This document shows positions 1-12,516 of a DNA stretch of 64,000 bases, in pieces. Below the pieces are notes generated by a model. The model was not told where the DNA came from, searched no databases, and saw nothing but the letters and a program-made list of their open reading frames with translations. Position 1 is the stretch's first letter; each line of letters begins with the position of its first letter. The position numbers and the translations under genes are program-made. Source of the DNA: Podarcis liolepis (taxonomy: Eukaryota); the NCBI GenBank assembly GCA_965112155.1, contig OZ218098.1. The stretch is one strand, 5' to 3'.

Positions 1-190
1 GCCCTCCCTGTGGAATGCCCTCCCACCAGATGTCAAAGAGAATAACAACTACCAGACTTTTAGAAGATATCTGAAGGCAGCCCTGTTTAGGGAGGCTTTT
101 AATGTTTGAGGTTATTACAGTATTTGATATTTCTTGGAAGCCGCCCAGAGTGGCTGGGGAAGCCCAGCCAGATGGGCGGGGTATAAATAA

Positions 191-234
<44 letters not shown>
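1..234 (+). mobile_element. 3' end of L2-clade LINE with (TTA)n tail
   Basis: ctgtggaatgccctccc (LWNALP end of ORF2), 3' UTR gccgcccagagtggctgggg...gggcggggtataaataa, then (TTA)n at about 191-234. Confidence 0.75.
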
Positions 235-235
<1 letters not shown>

Positions 236-499
236 TCATTGTGTGCTTTGCTCCACAAGGTATGAGCCACTGAAGTCCATTGATGGGCTTTTGTGTACTG
301 CCTGCGCTGGCTGCCCCTGTGCCTTGACACGTCTACATATTTGGTTTCCTGTCTGTCTTTCTTTGGGACTGTTTGCTCTGCAGGCTCATGGAGAATAGTT
401 TATTGTGATCTGGACTATGTAGGCAGATCTGCTGTGGTGGGGTAGGGATGGGGGTGTTGGACGATGGTAATGCTACTACTTTGAAAAAGAATTTATATA

Positions 500-700
500 A
501 AGTACTCAGAGCTCTTCATATGCATCCTTTTGCTTATCCTAATAATGTCCTGCAGTAGAGGCTGTTGTTGCTATTCCCAAACTAGAGACTGGAGAGTAGA
601 GGTGAGATTGAGAAGACAGTGAAGTTGACTTAGGCAACTCCAAGAGTTCCTGTTTGTATGGACACATCTAGTTCATAGCTCATGTTCTTAACTGCTACGT
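500..700 (-). mobile_element. Degenerate MIR-like/CORE SINE
   Basis: Decayed motifs (tattcccaaact...gagattgaga...gacttaggcaac...gttcttaactgctac) resemble the reverse MIR core; boundaries approximate. Confidence 0.35.
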
Positions 701-3412
701 TGTAATGTTTCGGCAGCATCACAATCTCTTGATCCCTCACAAATCATTGGGTGGACAGTTATGGAATCTTTCCTAATTTAATCATGCTCTCATCTTTTGC
801 TTTTCCACCTCTCATTTTGCAAAAATGTACATGGGCATCCCTAGGTGTTTACAGTCTTGCCTTGTGCACTTCTAGGTATAGCCACGAAGGAACAAACTTA
901 TGTAGCCGTTGAATCCATGTAAATAGGTTGCTAAATTGTCACTGGAAACCGTGATTATTGTACCTGTGGAGACTGCACGTCCTAGGATACTGGGAGCGCA
1001 GGGCAGGGGGTATGTGTCCAATAACCAATTGTTTGGCTAAAGAGCTTTGTAGATGGGATGAGGCAGGTGTTTAACAGAGCTGGAGGCGTCATGGTTCAGT
1101 GACATTGTATGGCATTCAGGCTGCTGTCTCTTACAGTGGAATACTCAGCACATTGAGTACCTACTGTGTGGATCAAGGAAGGAAATTTTGCCCTTAGAAT
1201 TAATGTCGCTCTTGGTCTGTTAAGAAAGCAGCACCTGCGAGCGGAAGAGAGATAGCATTTCTCCCACCGCCCCTTAGCAATGATGTGTGCCTTCATCACC
1301 TGTACCTTTTCTCTTTGCCTTTTGGCTCTGCGTGGAGGCCCTTATCTCTTGGCTACCACATGTGAAACAGTGTCTGGAGCCCCCCTCCCCTTTTCTTCCC
1401 TCCAATCTGCCTACATTATAGTCTGATAATCCCTGCAATATGCAGTGCTTTTATATCAGTGCTGCGACAGCTACTGAAGGCAAAGCAGAACAGCTGTGGA
1501 CTCTTCCCAGTGATAATCTCTGCTAACAAGCCACTCTGGGCTTTGGCTGATATTTCAGTCGTCCAGAGCTAAAGACAGCTGTTTGTCCTCAATTAATTTC
1601 CAATGCACACTTAATAATTTCCCAGAAGGCAAAGTGATGCAGCCGCTTTTCTTCCCTCCCCTAAAAGAAATCAATATGCTGCGGGGGGGCAGGGGGTGGG
1701 GAGAGGAATTCTTATTCAGAAGCCGTGCTTTAGTTGGAAGCTGTCCATAATTGAGGTTGCAGTTATAATTTGTATACAGTGTAAGACCCGCACATAGGCA
1801 TAGTAATGAATTACTCAAAGGAGTCTGTAATATGGGGTAGTCCAGTGCTCTGTGGCAGTGACTCAAGAAGGCCTGGAAAGTGTAATTGAATAATGGGGCA
1901 ACATATGTAGGCACTATATGGGAAATAATAAACCTAATTAAAAAGAACAACAGGAACAAATAACATTTCCAATTAATTCAGCCTCCTGTTAGAGGCTGAT
2001 AGTGGGGGGGGTGGTTCTTTTTTTTAATAACACTTTTATCAGCCCTGATTCTCAAAGGACTTGTGAACACAGAATCTCTGTTTATTTCATTGGGGCACCT
2101 GCCTTATTACTGCATGTGAGTGGCGTGAAAAACCAAGAATTTGTGATGATTGTTCTCTGAGGGTGCAAAAGGCAGACTGATAACTGATTTCCCTTTTGCA
2201 AGAAAGCTGAAGATATGAAATTCCTGAATTCAAAATACAATTGGGATTGGCAGGGGGTGGGAAGTGGCCAAACACCACAGGTTTCTGTTGTCGTCCTGCA
2301 TACTTTTCAAGTCCAGCTGCATTTTTTCTGTCTCCAAAAAGCACCCTTCCTTGGGGACAGATATAAAGAGAAAGGAGAAAAGGCAGCTCCAAGGCTGCTT
2401 TACCTCATTTTATTTGTTTTGTATAACAAGATCTTTATATAGCTTAATCAGAAGAATTAATGACTCCTTGCCAGAGGGGGCAGTCCCTGCCTTCTTAAAG
2501 TACTTCTAGTGATTTGAAGGAACTAATTCTCTTTGAAAAATTTTATTGTAAACGGCCCGAACCACTTGTGCACAATTGGAATCCTAAAATTGCCAAGGAT
2601 GCTGCGGTTCTGACTGAAAACATGAAATTGAATTGCCAGGAAAGTTTTGGAAATCCAACCTAGAAATCAGCAGCAGCTCTGATAATAATGTGAAGTCCAC
2701 TAGCCACATTGAGTAGTAGGTACTCCATGTGCTTAGTATTTTACTGTAAGAGACAGAAGGTAAACAATACTGAGTAAACAAACACATTTTTTTCAAGTGT
2801 TTAAAGGAAGAGGCATCTTTGTGACTCATCAGAGTTCTAGAACTTGGGGGCAAAATAAGTACCGTAGTTTGAGTGTAAGCTGGAGGGTACTCCATTTGAT
2901 GACTTTCATTTTGGTGGCACTACACTGGTAGGATAAAACTCTTCAATGGTATTTAATATTCAAACACCCATTATTATTATTTTATATTGACAAAGCAAAC
3001 AGTGTTGTCCTGTACCTTAATTTCATTTCATTATCTTTAACCTTAATTGGGTTATGCAAAACCTTCAGTATTTGTTCCTTTTGTTACAACTCATCATAAA
3101 TTTAAGATTATAGCAGCAAGGGTGGGGAAATGATGGGAGGAATCCAGCATTCCACTGTGGTTATTGTTCCATCAGTGCAAGCATTTTGGGTCACCAGACA
3201 TAACAATCTCCCCTTTCCTCTCACCCACCCCCGCAAACTGTTCTGCCATCGGGGTGGGTGGGCATAGGGAGTGGCTACCCTCTTAGAATAGGTAACCTCT
3301 TCATCAAGTTAGCACATACAGAATCATTTTAATTTCTTAAGATCCAGTTCGCGAAGGCAGCTGCTATTTTTCTCCTTGTAGCATCTTCTAAATTTCACCT
3401 GTTTGTTTCTAG

Positions 3413-3549
3413 TCCTCAGCCACCTAAGCCACAGGCCCCAGAGACTCCCTGGTCAGAAGAAGATAATGCTGTTTATCACCTAACGGATGATGACTTTGAC
3501 AAGTTCACCAAGGAGCATCCTTCTGTTTTAGTGATGTTCTACGCACCAT
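3413..3549 (+). CDS. PDIA5: PDIA5 internal coding exon, 137 nt (start of a thioredoxin domain)
   Basis: Acceptor tttctAG at 3411-3412 and donor GTgagt at 3550. Translates (N)PQPPKPQAPETPWSEEDNAVYHLTDDDFDKFTKEHPSVLVMFYAP(W), matching my recollection of PDIA5. In frame with the next exon, the Trp codon being split T|GG. Confidence 0.95.
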
Positions 3550-3731
3550 GTGAGTCTGCATTTTTTTGTTTGTTTATTGTTCACCAATATATTGAGAGAT
3601 GATCTGGTTCACATAGTGTACCTAGACTCTTGAGTAAGCTTAGATGTCATGGAATAAGAGGAGGGGACCTCTTGTGGATCAGGAATTGGTTAAGCTGCAG
3701 GGAGCGTAGAGCAGGAATAAATGGACAGTGA

Positions 3732-4335
3732 TAGAGTTAGAAAAGGCTCTGAAAACGGCAACCAAAATGATCAAGGGGTCGGAGTAACTCCTCTATGAAG
3801 CAAGGTTGCAGCATTTGGGATTTTTTTTTTTTACTTTTGAGAAAAGGTAAGTAAGAGGTGGCATGATAAAAGTTTGTAAAATTATGCCTGGCATAGAGAA
3901 AGTGGATAGAGAGAGGGTTTTTTGTCTCTGCCTCTGATAACATCAGAACTCATGGACATCCAATGAAGCTGAATGCTGGAATATTCAGGGCAGACAAAAG
4001 AAAGTAGCTATTTATGCAACACATAGTTAAACCACGGACCTCGCTGCCACAGGAGGCAGTGGTGGCCACTAACTCAGATGGCTTTCAAAGAGGATTAGAG
4101 AAATTCATGGAAAACAAGTCTACCAGTGACTGCGAGCCATGGTGGCTATGATCTGCCTCCATGGTCGGATGCAGTATGCTTCTGAATACCAGTTGCTGGA
4201 AACCCCAGGAGGGGGAGCGTGTTCTTGTGCTTGGGTCCTGTGTGCAGTTTTCCCATAGGCAGGTTCTCACAGGTTGGCCCCTGTGAGAATAGGATGCCGA
4301 ACCAGATGGCCATTTGCCTGATCCAGCAGGCTTTC
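3732..4335 (+). mobile_element. CR1 LINE 3' fragment (end of ORF2 plus 3' UTR), degenerate
   Basis: ggcaaccaaaatgatcaagggg...gagaaaagg...atgaagctgaatgctgg...gacaaaagaaagta...ggattagagaaattcatgga...gcctgatccagcaggct follows the CR1 3' pattern. Confidence 0.8.
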
Positions 4336-6883
4336 CTGGTGACTGAATCCAGGGTTGCTGGGGACCTTAGAAGCTATAGCTTCCCAATCCTGCTATGAAT
4401 GTTCATGGCAGTATCCGTGCGATAGATTCTATGGTTTGGCCCTATGATGGGACAAACTGCAAGCATTCTGTACTAATGTTTCCCATGTGTCTACGAATGA
4501 AAAAAGGAAAGATGTAGACGTTAAATGTTTTAGCACTGCAGCAGGAAAACAAACCACTCAATTCAGAACCCAGTTTATTTTGTCAAACAGCTTGAAGGTG
4601 TCAAGCAAATTAATTCGGTTTCTCTCTGTTATGCTAGATTTGCATCCATATGTTTAGGGTATATTTTTATATACAGGAGAACATTCAAATACACCATCCC
4701 CTGAAGTGCTACAGACCAAATAAAGGATTACCACTTGATCCTACTGAATAGATAAAATGGTTTTCAGTTCATTCAGGTTTCTCTAAATGATTGTCTAAAT
4801 GATTAGCTTTGCTGTGCTATGTTAATACCCCCTTTTAAACTAAATATAGATTCAATGAATTATTGGACACATTTTATGTCCAATTATGCCATCCTTATGA
4901 CATAAGGATGGAGGATGACCCTGTGGAGGTTATCATATTTCATAGTGATCCCATTTTGCAAATGAGAGGGGGCCTAGGCTCATCATGACTTTGCAAGCAA
5001 ACTCAGCCAGAATGCTTGTTTATGAATCAGGATTTCAGCTCAGACTGCCTGTGGCAAATCCAGTTCTTTTATGCAGTACAGCACACTAAAAAGCTTTTAT
5101 GGAACTTTGGACACTAACCGTTGTAGCTTCTGAGTTGCAGAGAACAAAATTCCACTGAATGGATTACTCCTGTGGACCAAAGAGAGATTCCCCCTTCCCC
5201 TTTTCAGCCCCTGGAACCAAAAAAATATTTGCTCCAGAGGGTTGGAGGGCTCTCTGGAACAGCATGGGAGGTGTTGTGGTCTGCAGGGGAAACTGGCAGA
5301 TATCTCCTCCTGCTGCTTGTTCTGAGCCATGAACGGAAGGAGCCCTGCCATTTGCAGAACAGCAGGTTTGGATTCAATCCAATGTCTTCCTTTTAAAAAA
5401 ACACACATTTAGAACATTTTTTTGCTGATGGCAAGGATAATAGCTAGTGATTACTAAACAGGCAGATTTCACTGCTGCCAGGATGCAGAAGCACTTTTCT
5501 ACTAGGAATCCCCTGCAGGCAACATTAAGTGAAGGTGAATATGCAAGTTAATTAACAGAAGACAGCTATCATAAACAGTTATCTCCATGATTAAAAGGTC
5601 TTCTCCAGACACTTTTTATATTTACTAATGGAGTCACCTTACAAATATAAGTAGATAAGATTCTTCCATGAAAGCAATGCAGCAAAGACAAGGAGCTTAT
5701 TCATATTTCTTTCATCCTTGGGACACCTGAAAGATTGCAAACTTACTAGCTCGAGAACAGCAAAAATCAAACCAAAGCCAAGAGTGCTTCATGTACACTG
5801 AAGTGTGCATCTAATTTGTTTTTTTTAATGGGAATTTTGATATGAGATTTGCAACACTGACTTGGAGTTAGTAACCTGGCTTTCGCAGCCGATAAAACTA
5901 GTATACAGTTGCATTGTGTTTACACACTACAGATCTTACGTTCATAGAGTGTTCTTTTGGAGAGGAGACAGAATTCTGGTGGTAACCTGATTACAAAGTT
6001 GTAGTCAGATGGGCAGAATATTAAGAGTCCATTAGTGCAATGCAATTCGTCTACACACATCAGAGCAAACTGTTCTTAGCATAGGTCCAACACATTTTGG
6101 TAGCAGAGGAAGAAAATTAGAATGACTCCCCTGGTGGTAAAAGATACCATAATGCACTGTGTAGTGTGCTATTTGCTGTCCTTGAATGTTTGCCCAGCTC
6201 AGGGAACAGATTTGGGGGTAACTCACCTTGACTTAATGGTAAAGCAGAGCCATTTTCTGAAATGAAATATACTTCATGGCACATGGAAGATTTCTCCAGT
6301 GGTAAGATTCAGCACATACTTTAAGTTGATGATGCCTTGGTGGTTTGATTAGATGCTGCCATTATTTTTCCATAAAACTTGATTTTCATGTCATACCCTC
6401 AAACAGTGATTCCCAAACCATTTTTCCACCAATGGACCTTTGCAAGATTGTTGAGGGACTTGGTGGATCCCTGAATGATTTTCTATCTCTTTTGGCAATT
6501 GTAATGAGCTGTGCAAGATGCTGAGTGATTTTTAATTGTATTTTTATTGTTGCTTTTATTTCTTATATTGTATTTTATTACCATTTAAATTCTATGGAAT
6601 TCTACTGGTAGCATTTACACATCACAGTAAACCGTAACTTATGGTTTGTATCCTTGGGTTACCGTTACTTTCTGTAGCCAAGGTTTGTTCTTGGCTTATG
6701 AATTCTAGCTTGTTTGGAGAGCAACATACCATGATCCCTGGTTTGACCATAATGCTAGGCCAGAGACTGTGGTTTGTTTTCCCCAGCAGAAATAGGAAGG
6801 AATGAAGCTGACATGATCAGCTCATACACAGTAAACCAGGGGCTATATATACCATGGTGTCCTAATGTGCCCATTGTGACTTT

Positions 6884-7268
6884 ATAGAACTGTAGAATTG
6901 TAGAGTTGGAAGAGCCCCAAGGGTCATCTAGTCCAACCCCTTGCAATGCAGGGATCTCAACTAAAGCATACATGACAGATGACCATATAACCTCAGCTTT
7001 AAAACTTCCAAGGAAGAAGAGTCTGTCATCTCTCATGAGAGTCTGTTTCACTGTCAAGCAGCTCTTACTGTCAGAAGGTTCCTCCTGATGTTTAATCGGA
7101 ATCTCCTTTCATGTAACTTGAATCCACTGGTTTGGGTTGTGCCCTGTGGAGCAGAAGAAAAGAAGCTTGCTCCATCTTCCATGTGACAGCCCTTTCGATA
7201 TTTGGAGATGGCTATCTTATCTCCTCTCAGTCTCCTCTTTACCAAGCTAAAGGTACACAATTCCCTCC
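6884..7268 (-). mobile_element. CR1 LINE 3' fragment
   Basis: ORF 7054..7260(-) FSLVKRRLRGDKIAISKY..GFKLHERRFRLNIRRNLLTVRA resembles the CR1 ORF2 C-terminus. The reversed CR1 tail tagaactgtagaattgtagagttggaag lies at about 6884-6912. Confidence 0.85.
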
Positions 7269-9644
7269 ATTCTTCCTCTTGGGAAGCAGAGGGAATATTT
7301 TTTTAAGGTACCTTTTGTGCTTTCCCCCCCAGAGCATATTATAGGGAGGTGTTTGTGTGTGTTGCAGAATTGTGCTCACATATGTTCCTTTGAGCTCACT
7401 CTGTACCCACCAGAAACACTACAGTAGTGAAAGGAAGGTTCAGCTCTTGTTTCTAAGACGATTGTGTATTTGTGGGGGTGGGGATTTGATTGAGAGGCAG
7501 CACATCAAAGGGTGTGCTGTGTCTGACCCAGTTTCCCCAGTCCTCTGGCGATCTCTTCAGCAAAAGAGCACTCGGCTGTATTTCATTCCCAACGTGATGG
7601 TTGTGGGGGGAGGAAGTGTTTGTGACAAGCTAACAGGGCTAAGAGATTTACACTTCCGAGCCTAGTAACCATAATCTATCTGACCAAGTTAATATGGCTG
7701 TAAATAAAGTTGCCTGAGGTAGAATAAGCAGATCAGGCAACTGAGATAGCAAGGCATAGCATGTGAACTTCAGTGGTGCATTGACCATTAGTTTAGTTTT
7801 GGTCACCCTGGCCAAGGGGCAGCATAGCACAAGTTCAGATGCTGTACTGTCCTAAAGTCACCACTTACTAGGTCAGTGAAGCTTGTCGTGGTTTTGCACC
7901 GTGACTAACAACAGGCACATTCTGTTTCCAAGGCCAAGGAGGAATCGCAACAGGATTATTGTTCAGATATAAGTAATAATTGGTGCAATGCTAGTATTAC
8001 CTGATCCACTTCTAGGTCTTAAGATCACCCATTTTGATCCAGGAGAAAGTTGCTTTGATTGATGAACGGCTTTGAGGGGTTTTGTTTTATTACAGTCAAT
8101 ATAAATGTTATTAAGTAAACAAACAATTAAGCAAACTTTTCCTGGTGACCCCGAGTCCATTACAATATCTCTGCACAGAAATTCAGTAAGCAGAAGCATG
8201 TCTTCAGATGGTTCCAGACAAAAACAACCAACAACACTAGGGTCTGACCCTAAAATGCAAGGCTTTACTAAATCTTTTTTTCTTTCTTACATGGATCTCC
8301 ACTCTCTCTAAATCCATGTCAGGAGCACTTCCTCATTTTTACCAAGGAAAAACAAGCGTGTTTCAAATCTACTATCTGAGAGTCTATAAATAGTAGTGAT
8401 CTTTTTAAAATGCCTTGGAAATGTTTCACTTCAGTGGGGAAGGCTTAAAACATGTGTGAGATGTTATCCTGTAGAGAAAAGATGGAATATCTTGCCCTGA
8501 GGTAAATCACGGGTGCATATCCAGATCTATTAACTGCTTGTCAGCAGGCGTTCCCAAGGTGCATCTACATTTACACAAAAGCATTTCTTGCTTAGATCTG
8601 GTTACATAAACTGCACTTCACAGCTCTCAAGCATAGCATGTGGTGGGACATTTTAGCATTCACAAGCTTCTTTGAATATTGGTTGTTTAGATAACATAAA
8701 TTCCCATATGAAATTGTCTCTCCTCAGCATAGCTATGGACAATGCAATTTGCCGCAATTGCAGTGTTAAAATGGGAAGCAGCACTTAAGGGTGCTAAGGG
8801 GATTCAAATTGAACTGCTTGGGCTCTTCTCTCTACCACTGCCACCCTTCTCTTTCCATTTGAGAAATCAATTCATTCTGTGACTGCTTTTTACCCCCACA
8901 GGGGTAAAAATAAATAAATCATTGATTGATTCTCTCCCCCACCTTAGGCACAGAAATGTCTTGGTTCATATGTACCTGCTTAACCCCCACTGGTTAACAT
9001 GTGAAGAATGCCAGAGCATAGACCTGATAACCCTTATCCTCCGATCCTAGAGTGTGAGGGTGGATTATGATCATTCACAATGGGAGGGGGGACCTTTGGT
9101 CCATCAGGCGTTATTGGACTCCAGCTCCAGCTGGAGATACTCTCTGCACATACTCAGAAGCTCTTTGCCACATATTCCACTGATGTGTTTCAGCATTGAT
9201 AATTGGTTCTGGCTCACTCTAAGCCCAATTCAAGCCTTGCTTCTTCTTTCATGCGCTGCTGCCATTTACTTACCTGTATTGTAGGGACAGACTGAAAAAC
9301 CTTATAGCATTCTTACCTGAGAGGTGGGCAAATAAACATCAAATTCTGTATGGGCTGGTTGTATGTGTACTATTTCCACCCAAAACAGTTCTTTACGTTT
9401 TAAAAATCACTAATGTATTTTTAATTTTTTCATGGCCAGTAGATTAAGCTAGGGTGAATAACTGGTGGGTTTTGATTGCTAGGAATAGGACCTGGTGAGT
9501 GTTTGGCAGGTCAGAGATGGAACCAGTTGAATTTTGGTAGATATGGCAAGAGTCTGATGGGCTTTGACTCATCAGGCTAGAGCCTTGTTCATCGGATGTG
9601 GATCCCATAGGAGGTAGTTTAACACACACACCACAACTCAGAAT

Positions 9645-10070
9645 TTGTTGTTGTTGTTGTTTAGTCATTTAGTCGTGTCCAACTCTTCGTGACCCCATGG
9701 ACCAGAGCACACCAGGCACTTCTGTCTTCCACTGCCTCCCGCAGTTTGGTCAAACTCATGCTGGTAGCTTTGAGAACACTGTCCAACCATCTCGTCCTCT
9801 GTTGTCCCCTTCTCCTTGTGCCCTCCATCTTTCCCAACATCAGGGTCTTTTCCATGGAGTCTTCTCTTCTCATGAGGTGGCCAAAGTATTGGAGCCTCAG
9901 CTTCAGGATCTGTCCTTCCAGTGAGCACTCAGGGCTGATTTCCTTAAGAATGGATAGGTTTGATCTTCTTGCAGTCCATGGGACTCTCAAGAGTCTCCTC
10001 CAGCACCATAATTCAAAAGCATCAATTCTTCGGCGATCAGCCTTCTTTATGGTCCAGCTCTCACTTCCAT
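9645..10070 (-). mobile_element. BovB (RTE clade) LINE, 5'-truncated, with (CAA)n tail and 12-bp TSD
   Basis: Open frame YGSESWTIKKADRRRIDAFELWCWRRLLRVPWTARRSN...LVHGVTKSWTRLND* matches the BovB C-terminus. TSD ACAACTCAGAAT at 9633-9644 and 10071-10082. Confidence 0.93.
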
Positions 10071-10135
10071 ACAACTCAGAATATCTGATAACAAACACAA
10101 TGCAAGAGTAACATGTGCTTGTCTTCACTTGCACA

Positions 10136-10664
10136 CAGGGCCGTCTTAAGCATATCTGGTGCTGTGGTGCAAAGATCCCTCTGGCGCCCCCCCCAGCAAC
10201 TCCAAGGGAGGGGGAGGGGGAAATGTCCTCTGACTCCCCCACCGCCCCAATCCCCGGCGTGGTGGCAGTGATCAAGCAGGAAAACGTGCTGGCAGACATG
10301 CTCTCCAGCATCGGGGCGCCTGAGAAGGCAGCTCAGGAAGGCAGTACGCTGTCTTTCGCCAGGCAGCAGGAGGAGGACAACGACCAGGAGCAGGGCCATC
10401 TTTAGCAGATGCAGAGTCTTGGGAGGGAAGCTGTGCGCAACTTCCTTCCTAAGCCTCTGCGGGGATCACTCTCCTCTTGCACAGGCTTGGGAAGGAAGCT
10501 GCACACCCACCAGCCATATAGTTGGCGGGGCGCAGCTGGTGGGCATGCAGGGAAAAGGGAGGCTGCCAGCAAAGCTGCGCAGCTCCCCCACTTGCTAGGG
10601 CGCTCCTGAGAGGACGGCACCCTGGCGCAACGAACCACTAAGACCAATGGGAAAGGCGGCTCTG
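10136..10664. mobile_element. Non-autonomous hAT DNA transposon (529 bp)
   Basis: Imperfect TIRs CAGGGCCGTCTT / AAGGCGGCTCTG and a perfect 8-bp TSD CTTGCACA at 10128-10135 and 10665-10672; GC-rich interior. Confidence 0.88.
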
Positions 10665-11723
10665 CTTGCACACACACAATGCAGTATCATTCAAAAGAGA
10701 AAACAAGTCATAACACACTGGGAAGGGCATTGTTGGTATGGAGGCATCCAGGGTCTTACACAGGGTGATGACTCAAAGAGCTGCAGAGCCATTTGGGTAG
10801 ATCAGGCCCAGTAATTTCCATGGTGCCCAGCATATTGGACAAACCAGCCATGCAAAGGCCACAGGGTTGCTTTCAACCCTACTCTCTGCCACAAATCAGG
10901 GCTTCATTATTACATTTCTCCACACGCTCCCCACCCTCCACGCCCGCCAAACATATGTAAGAGGATAGGTGTCACAGGGAGAAGAGGTGACCTTTAAGCC
11001 CCTTTATACATCCAGTGATGAAATTGTGGGTAGGAAGGTAGTTAGCAACAGAGCCTGTGAGTACATAATCTGTTCTTAAGTGCAAACAATTCATTTGGTG
11101 AAATAATAAAGGGATGCATTTTAAGTTGTGGAAATCAAGTGTGCCTTTCTCCCCATCTAGTGGCTGGTCCACAAGAGGTTTGTCAGTGTGCTGTTCATCC
11201 TGCATAAACTATGTGGAGCTCAAATCCCCATGTATTTCCACCAGCAGGAGCATTAATGAAGTTGGCAGGGCTCCCATCAGCAAGTTGAAAAGATTTTGAG
11301 CTGTGGGCTTACTGGTTGGCATTGAATGTAGATTTATCTAGGTGCTGAGCTTCTGTATCTTATGTTTACTCACAGTACCAGACATACCATGTATACCTGT
11401 TGCAAATATAAATGCCATACTAATAATCTGATACTGATAATATATTTCAGGCTTGATTAAAAGCCTTTTATGTTCTGTAGTTATTGCAGACATTTTCAAA
11501 GATGTGTCAGTATTTTATTTGCCATTCCCTGCAATAGCAAAGTTAAGAAGCTGAATGTCAATCAGATCTGAAGACAACAACAACAATGGACCCAACAAAA
11601 AATAGCCCAGAATTTATATAATGTTGGTGGCATGAGCTGGTCCTGCCTTTTCTGCTTCCTTTTCCTGGGCTATCTCTTGTTGACATGCTGCTGTGTCCTG
11701 GATTTCTCCATTGTTTTAGGATG

Positions 11724-11850
11724 TAGGAAGCTGCCTTAAACTAATTCCTACCATTATTCCATCTAACCCTGTATTTTCTAGATGGAATGGCAGTGGCTCT
11801 GCAGAATTTTAGACAGGATTATATTCCAGCTTTACCTCAGGATGTGTGGC
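11724..11850 (-). mobile_element. Squam3-like tRNA SINE fragment (3' part)
   Basis: taggaagctgcctta...ccatcta...ggcagtggctctgcag resembles the reverse 3' half of Squam3 as I recall it. Confidence 0.5.
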
Positions 11851-11977
11851 CCTTTTTATGTGATATACCTCTTTTTTTCTCTGGTCAGGCCTCTCTTCTG
11901 TCACCAGGATGGGAAGGGAGATCTAAAGGAAGCAGAAATTGGGCAGAGTTGCGCAAGTGGAAATCCTGACAGAACTA

Positions 11978-12516
11978 CCGTATTTTTCGCTCTATAAGAC
12001 ACACTTTTCCCCTCCTAAAAAGTAAGGGGAAATGTGTGTGCGTCTTATGGAGCGATTGCAGTTTGCACAGCTTTCGCACCGATCCCTCTTGCTCTCCTGG
12101 CTTCAGGGATAGCCGCCCGAAGCCTTCTGAGCGCAGCAGGAGCGCTCCCGCTGTGCTCAGGAAGCTTCGCATTGCTTTCGCTCCCTCTTGCTCTCCTGGC
12201 TTCAGCAAAAGCAACGCGAAGCCTCTTGCTCTCCTGGCTTTGCTTCGCTGGAGAGGCGCTGCGCAGCTTTCCCTTTATGCACAGCGCCCCTTCAGCAAAG
12301 CGGAAAAAGAAATGGAAGGGGCTCTGTTTCTCCTGCCGCTTCGCTGATGGGGCGCTGCACAGAGAGGGAGAGCTGCACAGAGCCCCTTCCGTTTCTCCTC
12401 CCGCTTTGCTGGAGAGGTGCTGAGCAGAGAGGGAGAGATTTATTTTTTCTTGTTCTCCTCCTCTAAAAGTAGCTGCATCTTATGGTCGGGTGCGTCTTAT
12501 AGAATGAAAAATACGG
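11978..12516. mobile_element. Tc1/mariner-superfamily (pogo/Tc2-like) MITE, 539 bp
   Basis: TIRs CCGTATTTTTCGCTCTATAAGAC / GTCTTATAGAATGAAAAATACGG and TA TSD at 11976-11977 and 12517-12518; internal repeats of cctcttgctctcctggctt. Confidence 0.88.

Noticed and set aside
102-398. Poly-Leu and poly-Ile ORFs (likewise poly-Tyr at 51918-52313 and poly-Val/Asn at 20788-21105)
   Set aside because: Translations of microsatellites.
9661-10311. 216-aa ORF on the minus strand
   Set aside because: Chance fusion of hAT MITE sequence, flank and the BovB C-terminus; not a host gene.
12034-12466. Overlapping ORFs of 92-129 aa
   Set aside because: They lie within a GC-rich MITE with few stop codons; no transposase or other recognisable domain.
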